Below, piece after piece: positions 1-4,790 of a DNA stretch of 4,790 nt. The notes under the pieces are model-generated. The model was not told the DNA's origin and ran no database searches. It saw only the letters and a list, made by a program, of their open reading frames with translations. The translations under genes and the position numbers were made by a program. This DNA comes from a virus (Duplodnaviria > Heunggongvirae > Uroviricota > Caudoviricetes): the IMG/VR virus record IMGVR_UViG_2531839439_000012, positions 1 to 4,790 of that record; one strand, 5' to 3'. Numbering within the stretch: position 1 is the first letter of the stretch; each line of letters begins with the position of its first letter.

Positions 1-1
1 A

Positions 2-1051
2 CTGGTCAATGACCCGCGGGCCGTCACGCTGCATATTTCACCGGATATCGATGAACGGGAATTTATTACCCGTTATCTCGGTAATATGAATATCAGGATA
101 AGCCGTAAAAAGGGCGTTGATTATATTTACAGTCATACACCTGCCGCACCAGAGGAGCCGCTGAAATCCCTTGTTTACACGCCCCGTTACCGGACAGTGG
201 AGTATCTGCATCAGGCGCTTTCCGGTCTGGGTCAGCTTCCGGCCGCACAACAGCCGGTTCAGGGGGCAAACGGTGAGCAGACATGGCAGGCGGTCAGCAG
301 TGGTACCCGGTTCATCAGTGCATCCGGGGATGTGTTTGTGTTCCGGGGAACGGCCCGGGAAGTTGAGCTTGTCCGGCAGCTTCTGCCGCAGATTGACGTC
401 AGGGCACAGGAGGTTTCGGTTGCCGGGTATGTGTTTGAGGTCCAGACCAGTGAGCGTAACGGTTCAGGTCTGGCGCTGGCCGCAGAGCTTTTATCCGGTC
501 GTTTCAGTATCACCATGAGCAGCGCATCGGGGCTGGATAACTTTATTCGCCTCAGCACGGGGTCTGTTGATGCAATGTATGAGTTATTCAGGACCGACAG
601 CCGTTTTCAGGTGGTCAGTTCGCCACGTCTGCGCGTTATCTCCGGTAAGGAGGCGGTTTTCAGCGTGGGGTCTGATGTGCCGGTTCTGTCATCAGTGTCA
701 TGGCAGGATAAGGTTCCGGTGCAGTCCGTGGAATACCGCAGCAGCGGGGCTATTTTTCGGGTAAAACCCACCGTGACGCAGGATGTGATAGGTCTGGATA
801 TCGTTCAGCAGCTGAGTAACTTTGCAAAAACGGATACGGGGGTGAATAACACGCCAACGCTGATAAAGCGCGAGGTGTCCACGTCGGTGAGTCTGAATGA
901 CGGTGATATCATTGTGCTGGGCGGACTGGCGGAGAACAAGACATCAAAGGCGCGGACAGGGCTTTCATTTCTGCCGGATGTGTTTGGTTCAGACTCTGAT
1001 GAACGTGCGAAAACCGATATCATCGTCGTTCTTCAGGCCCGGCGGGTCTGA
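2..1051 (+). CDS. Secretin-family outer-membrane channel protein (phage pIV / T2SS GspD / type IV pilus secretin-like), C-terminal ~350 aa; 5' end lies upstream of window
   Basis: Frame is open from position 2 with no in-frame stop. The ATG at 86 has no Shine-Dalgarno and its N-terminus (MNIRISRKKG...) is not a signal peptide, so the true start is probably upstream. The C-terminal ~170 aa carry secretin-domain hallmarks: FQVVSSPRLRVISGKEAVFSVGSDVPV, VEYRSSGAIFRVKPTV, NNTPTLIKREVSTSVSLNDGDIIVLGGLAENKTSKARTGLSFLPDVFG, DIIVVLQARRV. Stop TGA at 1049-1051. Family assignment is from recalled motifs, not a search. Confidence 0.85.
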   Translation: MVNDPRAVTLHISPDIDEREFITRYLGNMNIRISRKKGVDYIYSHTPAAPEEPLKSLVYTPRYRTVEYLHQALSGLGQLPAAQQPVQGANGEQTWQAVSSGTRFISASGDVFVFRGTAREVELVRQLLPQIDVRAQEVSVAGYVFEVQTSERNGSGLALAAELLSGRFSITMSSASGLDNFIRLSTGSVDAMYELFRTDSRFQVVSSPRLRVISGKEAVFSVGSDVPVLSSVSWQDKVPVQSVEYRSSGAIFRVKPTVTQDVIGLDIVQQLSNFAKTDTGVNNTPTLIKREVSTSVSLNDGDIIVLGGLAENKTSKARTGLSFLPDVFGSDSDERAKTDIIVVLQARRV

Positions 1052-1449
1052 GTGTGTGATGATGTCCGTCAGGACATGTAAGGCGGCATGATGAAGTTTC
1101 ATGTGACGCAGATGTCAGCCCGCCGAAACCGGGGAGAACGTGTATATGTCACGGGACAGCGCAACGCGCCGCCTGCCAGACCGCCTTTTAGCGGGCATTC
1201 ACCGAGACGAGCGGCGCAAGACGGGAGTCGGACAGTCATTGATGAAGCCGTTCGATGGAATTGATGACTGACAGGCCGTCTTTTTGAGCCGGAATTTTCA
1301 AACACAGACCCTGATGTGTTATCAGCGGTAATGTTTTACTCGTTACAATTTGCGCACTCTGTTATGTGGCAGTGGACTGGTACATACGGAGGCGGACATA
1401 ACGTTGGTGGAGACGACCATCCACAATTCATTACCTTAATTTTACCAGC

Positions 1450-1487
1450 GCGCCTTATAGTTACCTGATTTATAAGGCGCTTTTTTT
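1450..1487 (+). terminator. Rho-independent terminator (10-bp perfect stem GCGCCTTATA / TATAAGGCGC, 11-nt loop, T7 tract)
   Basis: Stem left 1450-1459, loop 1460-1470, stem right 1471-1480, then TTTTTTT 1481-1487. On the opposite strand the stem is not followed by a T-run, so it is oriented for + strand transcripts. Confidence 0.65.
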
Positions 1488-1525
1488 CTTTCTTGTGTTT
1501 CCTGCAGTCAACAGAACCAGCCTGA

Positions 1526-1547
1526 TCTTATGACAGTGCGCATAAGA
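1526..1547 (+). promoter_or_regulatory. Inverted repeat TCTTATG-N8-CATAAGA (possible operator or protein-binding site)
   Basis: TCTTATG at 1526-1532 and CATAAGA at 1541-1547 are exact reverse complements separated by 8 bp. The site lies between the terminator and the TMP gene. Confidence 0.25.
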
Positions 1548-1577
1548 TTCATTACGTTAAAAACGACATGGGTATAT

Positions 1578-1616
1578 ATCAGTACTGATTTTACTGGAAA
1601 AACTGGATTTTCAGTA
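1578..1616 (+). repeat. 12-bp perfect palindrome ATCAGTACTGAT overlapping phased TACTG/ACTGG repeats separated by A4/T4 tracts
   Basis: ATCAGTACTGAT at 1578-1589 is its own reverse complement. ACTGA 1584-1588, ACTGG 1593-1597 and ACTGG 1602-1606 are direct repeats at exactly 9-bp spacing, with an inverted copy CAGTA at 1612-1616. The intervening TTTT/AAAA tracts are phased near one helical turn. Confidence 0.4.
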
Positions 1617-1769
1617 TCAATCCCAAAGAAGTATGGCTAATGCAGCTTTATAAGCAATTGATTCTATTAAGCGATGTTTTTTGTGATTGGTTGAAGCAAA
1701 CCTGAACACGAAGTCACTGAAGCGGCAATAAACTGTTTCATGGCGGAATTATTAGAGTAAAGAACAATC

Positions 1770-1804
1770 GGAGGTATCCGCACAACGCGGATATACAGGA
1801 CATG
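1770..1804 (+). promoter_or_regulatory. Structured translation-initiation region of the TMP gene: SD GGAGG (1770-1774), then a 7-bp stem-loop (1775-1793), then 8 nt, then ATG 1802
   Basis: TATCCGC (1775-1781) and GCGGATA (1787-1793) are exact reverse complements around loop ACAAC. GGAGG is 27 nt from the ATG in linear sequence, but folding would leave an effective spacing of about 8 nt. No other in-frame start lies between the upstream stop (1718-1720) and 1802. Confidence 0.3.
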
Positions 1805-3703
1805 AGTAACACAAACGTAGGTAGAATTTATTATGAGGTTGATGCGCGCACAGGGAAGCTATTAACCGCAGGGAAACAAGCTGACGACGCATTCGATCGC
1901 ATTGAACGCGGCGCAAAGCGCGCTGATAACTCAATCAACAAACTGAATACGACAATCAGCAAACTGGCGGCGGCGGTTAACGTTGGCCTGCTAATGATGG
2001 CGGCTAAACGCTTTATTGAAATCGCGGACAACGTAAAACTACTACGCGCCCGTGTATCCCGGCTATCCGGTAGTCTGGTTGAAGCTAAGGCTAATTTTAG
2101 CGGCATTCTTGAGATCAGCAAGCGAACTGGCATGAAGATTGAGGATACTACGAAGTTATGGGAAAACCTTACTTCAGCTTTGTCTGATTCAAACGCTACC
2201 AGGGGCCAGATCTTACAGTTGACAGAGACACTACAGCAGATCGGGCGTATTGGTGGTAGTTCATCCGAAGAAGCCGCAAACGCCTTGCGACAGTTAGGGC
2301 AATCTATTAACGGCGGGATTGTCCGTGCTGAGGAATTTAACAGCATCCTGGAGGGTATGCCGGAGCTATGGCGGCGCGTAGCAAGTCAGATGGGGATCTC
2401 AATGGGTGAGCTACGTCGCCGCATGTTGGATGGCAAACTGACGGCTGAGGATGTAGTAAATGCAATCCTGAAAGGATCAGGCGAAATCGAAAAAGAATTT
2501 AACAAGCTGCCGACAACCACGGAACAGGCAATGACAGAGCTATCAACAAATTTTAGCCTGTTACTGGAAACCATCGACCAGACGCTGCATGTTACTGAAC
2601 TGGTCGGTCGCGGTATTAAAACGCTGGCTGATTATTGCCGCGAGCTATCCGGCTGGTTTAAAACGCTGAAATCTGATTCTGCGTCATTGGCTGATAAGTT
2701 ATGGACACTTGCCGCAGCCTTTGAGCCGTTTGTGCCGGGCCTTGATTTATTCCGCGCTCAAGCCAAACAAACCGACTTCTTAGGCGCAGCGCCAGACAAT
2801 CAATCTACGGGTTTTGTGTCAACGCTACCGACACAGCAGGCCACCACTGATATTAAGCTGAAAGACAATGGCGGTGGAGGTGGCAATAAACCGAAACGCG
2901 CGCAGAAAGATCCGGCAGAAGAATCGCTGAAACGGAAACGCGCAGAACTGGAACGACTTAACCAGGGCTTTGCTGAGGGTAGCAAAGAGGCTGAAATGTG
3001 GGACGCCGTTCAGGAAATGGGCGCTAACGCAACGGCAAAACAGGTTAGTGAGATGAAAAACCTTGCGCACCTGATTTACGAAACAAACGCCGCGCGTGAG
3101 CATCAAATCGAACTGGAAGAAAAAGCAAAACAGCTTAATGAGCAATTTAATCCCGTTGATGCGCTCAAACAACGCCATGCCCTTGAAATGCAACAGGCTG
3201 ATGAGCTATTCAACAAACAGATGATTAACGAGGAAACGCTAAACGCGCTTAAACAACAGCACGCAGAAGAATTGCTTGCCTCGCAGTGGGAACAATTCCG
3301 GGCGCAAGGTGGGATTAATGGCCTGATTGGTGACATGGCTGATGGCCTGAGTGGTGGCGCTACAAATGCCGTTGTCGGCCTGCTTAATGGTACGCAGAAC
3401 CTGGAAACCGCTTTCGCCAATATCGGGACTACCATTCTCGGAAAAGTGGTGGGAAGTATCGCTGAGATGGGCGCTGAATACGTCAAACAAATGATCTTAA
3501 GCGAGGCAGCCAGCGCCAGCGCAATGAGCGGACAAGCGGCAACAGGCGCATCAATCGCATCATCAATGGCCCCGGCAGCAGCGGCGACAGCTACCGCGAC
3601 AATGGGGACGGCCCCGATGGTCGCAATGTCAGCTATCAGCGCCTTGATGGCTGGCATTACTGGCTTGTTTTGGCGGTGGTCGCTACAACGGCGGCGCGGT
3701 TAA
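1802..3703 (+). CDS. Phage tail tape measure protein-like (N-terminal TMP domain, K/E/Q-rich coiled-coil, Gly/Ala-rich hydrophobic region); frame as given ends prematurely at 3703
   Basis: 633-aa ORF. Residues ~150-230 (LRQLGQSINGGIVRAEEFNSILEGMPELWRRVASQMGISMGELRRRMLDGKLTAEDVVNAIL) match the conserved tape-measure N-terminal domain as I recall it. A long charged helical segment (KRKRAELERL...QQHAEELLASQWEQFRAQ) is followed by a Gly/Ala/Ser-rich hydrophobic segment, as is typical of TMPs. The ATG at 1802 is the first start after an in-frame stop at 1718-1720. Confidence 0.85.
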   Translation: MSNTNVGRIYYEVDARTGKLLTAGKQADDAFDRIERGAKRADNSINKLNTTISKLAAAVNVGLLMMAAKRFIEIADNVKLLRARVSRLSGSLVEAKANFSGILEISKRTGMKIEDTTKLWENLTSALSDSNATRGQILQLTETLQQIGRIGGSSSEEAANALRQLGQSINGGIVRAEEFNSILEGMPELWRRVASQMGISMGELRRRMLDGKLTAEDVVNAILKGSGEIEKEFNKLPTTTEQAMTELSTNFSLLLETIDQTLHVTELVGRGIKTLADYCRELSGWFKTLKSDSASLADKLWTLAAAFEPFVPGLDLFRAQAKQTDFLGAAPDNQSTGFVSTLPTQQATTDIKLKDNGGGGGNKPKRAQKDPAEESLKRKRAELERLNQGFAEGSKEAEMWDAVQEMGANATAKQVSEMKNLAHLIYETNAAREHQIELEEKAKQLNEQFNPVDALKQRHALEMQQADELFNKQMINEETLNALKQQHAEELLASQWEQFRAQGGINGLIGDMADGLSGGATNAVVGLLNGTQNLETAFANIGTTILGKVVGSIAEMGAEYVKQMILSEAASASAMSGQAATGASIASSMAPAAAATATATMGTAPMVAMSAISALMAGITGLFWRWSLQRRRG

Positions 3704-3995
3704 CGGTGGCAATCTTTACAGGGTTGGTGAGCACGGTGTCCCTGAGTTATTTACCTCTACTGGCGGGAAACAGTACATGATCCCCGGCGAGGGTGGACGA
3801 GTTACACCGGGCCGCGATCTGGTTGGCAGTGGTGGCGGCATCACACTGAACGTAACAAACAACATCCAGGCGACAAACGGCTGGACTGAAGACGACTCAA
3901 AAGCGTTGCAACAGACTATAGAAAACACAGCAATGCGCCTGATGCAGCGCGAGTCGCAAAGACCTGGAGGCATGTTACAACCACGGCGGCGTTAA
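3672..3995 (+). CDS. C-terminal segment of the same tape-measure-like protein, in the +1 frame (frameshifted continuation); the 6-frame track shows its ATG-initiated part as 3777..3995
   Basis: The frame with codons at 3672, 3675, ... is open from 3648 to the TAA at 3993-3995. It encodes GGGRYNGGAVNGGNLYRVGEHGVPELFTSTGGKQYMIPGEGGRVTPG..., which resembles the conserved TMP C-terminus (compare phage lambda gpH ...GNLYRLMRGY... and the common ...YRVGE.GPEL... pattern). Both frames are open across 3648-3703, and the junction sits at the T4 run 3668-3671. Confidence 0.6.
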   Translation, partial: GGGRYNGGAVNGGNLYRVGEHGVPELFTSTGGKQYMIPGEGGRVTPGRDLVGSGGGITLNVTNNIQATNGWTEDDSKALQQTIENTAMRLMQRESQRPGGMLQPRRR

Positions 3996-4165
3996 CCAAA
4001 TCCCACGCCAGGGGGATAGACTGGCGGACCTTCAAAGACGGTCGCACACCGTGTTTAACATAATTTATTGTTTTTTGCTTGCTCTTATTATTGCAGCCGT
4101 TAGAGTTGGCGTGGCAGTTTTTCACCTGTTTCGCGTGTTGCTGTGTTTTTGGGGAAGAAAAACAA

Positions 4166-4261
4166 ATGAGAAGGCTTATATACCTGGTATTTATGCTATT
4201 TGCTATCGGGCAAGCCATAATTTTTATCACAATGCTGATCTGTCTGATGCTCTTTAGTTAA
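4166..4261 (+). CDS. Candidate small hydrophobic membrane peptide (31 aa: MRRLIYLVFMLFAIGQAIIFITMLICLMLFS)
   Basis: ATG at 4166 is preceded by GGGGAAG (4151-4157) at about 8-nt spacing. The peptide has a basic N-terminus (RR) followed by one predicted transmembrane helix. It is the internal-start version of the 60-aa ORF 4079..4261. I recognise no homolog, and short ORFs in AT-rich DNA are often spurious. Confidence 0.25.
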   Translation: MRRLIYLVFMLFAIGQAIIFITMLICLMLFS

Positions 4262-4790
4262 CTCCACCAGGATCCGCGCCGGGCTTTGCTATACAGACCA
4301 ATCACTCTTAATATAAGCTATTGATTCTTCTTAATTATAACCGCGCGTTAGAATTAACCTTCCCGCCATAAACGCTCCTACGCAAAAATCCCTCACAACT
4401 ACCCTGTCAATTTGCCAGATTTCACGTACACGCGCCCATATCCCCGCTACCGGATACACGCCCGCTTATACCGGACACCGGATAAACAAAGGCCCAGGTA
4501 GTTAGCAACCTACCCAGGCCCCGCGCATGGTTTTAATGCCATCATTATTAAGCATGCTAATACTAATCAAATCATAATTAGCACAACTTATAATCGAACA
4601 GAAAACACACAAACCAGATAATGATTTTTTCTGGTTATACTTATCTAAAAAAGTGGTATAGGATGTAACTTATTATTTTGTAAGGATAAATTTATTGCGT
4701 GGTAAGATGAACAGGCTTGTGCACCTCCCGAAAAACACGCGAAAATCAAAGTGTTCTTTCTTTTTTTGTTTTTATTTTTTCATTTTCTCT

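Noticed and set aside
93-1023. Minus-strand and alternate-frame ORFs overlapping the secretin gene (38..250 -, 93..284 -, 259..558 -, 805..1023 -, 171..518 +, 567..764 +, 897..1091 +)
   Set aside because: They lie entirely within a strongly supported secretin CDS. Their translations are low-complexity (Arg/Ser/Pro/Cys-rich) with no recognisable domains, as expected for shadow ORFs in GC-rich coding DNA.
1644-1760. Sigma70 promoter for the TMP gene (candidate hexamers such as TTGATT 1658-1663, TTGAAG near 1691)
   Set aside because: No candidate has both an acceptable -10 and 16-18 bp spacing, so promoter position is left uncalled.
1831-3657. Minus-strand ORFs inside the TMP gene (1831..2346, 2386..2574, 2800..2985, 2825..3193, 3103..3657, 3239..3490)
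   Set aside because: These are antisense shadow ORFs of the TMP gene. The 184-aa one is simply the complement of the Ala/Gly-rich region.
3648-3703. Programmed +1 ribosomal frameshift as the explanation for the TMP frame break
   Set aside because: Programmed frameshifts in tail modules are classically -1 slips in the chaperone gene upstream of the TMP, not in the TMP itself. No recognisable stimulatory element is visible here. A homopolymer indel is more parsimonious, but it cannot be excluded without homolog comparison.
4038-4060. Possible terminator hairpin after the TMP stop (ACGGT-cgcac-ACCGT followed by GTTT)
   Set aside because: Only a 5-bp stem and an interrupted short T tract, so it is too weak to call as an intrinsic terminator.
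3916-4230. Minus-strand 104-aa ORF spanning the TMP 3' end and the downstream AT-rich DNA
   Set aside because: It overlaps the conserved TMP C-terminal coding frame, has no SD and a Cys/Asn/Lys-rich junk-like sequence, and is most likely spurious.
4612-4636. Inverted repeat AACCAGA-N11-TCTGGTT containing an internal T6 run
   Set aside because: The T-run is inside the loop rather than after the stem, so it does not fit a terminator on either strand. It could be a protein-binding site, but there is no supporting context.
1-4790. CRISPR arrays, tRNA/rRNA genes, IS elements with terminal inverted repeats, integrase or att core repeats
   Set aside because: I found no regularly spaced direct repeats, no tRNA-like acceptor/T-arm signatures, no transposase-sized ORF and no obvious flanking direct repeats by eye. 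The window edges may simply exclude them.

Overview
This window holds two clear protein-coding genes on the + strand, separated and followed by AT-rich non-coding DNA. (1) Positions 2-1051 are the 3' part of a secretin-family outer-membrane channel gene whose 5' end lies upstream of the window. (2) Positions 1052-1801 are an intergenic region with a strong intrinsic terminator (1450-1487), two palindromes and phased TACTG repeats. (3) Positions 1802-3995 are a phage tail tape-measure-protein (TMP)-like gene whose frame is broken by a +1 shift at a T-run near 3668-3671; the conserved TMP C-terminal motif continues in the next frame. (4) Positions 3996-4790 are AT-rich and apparently non-coding, apart from a candidate 31-codon hydrophobic peptide ORF. 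I saw no rRNA, tRNA, CRISPR array or IS-type terminal inverted repeats. The secretin-TMP pairing, with no tail chaperone or tail-tip genes around the TMP, is atypical and suggests a phage-derived or degraded island. All calls are by eye and from recalled family signatures, with no database search.
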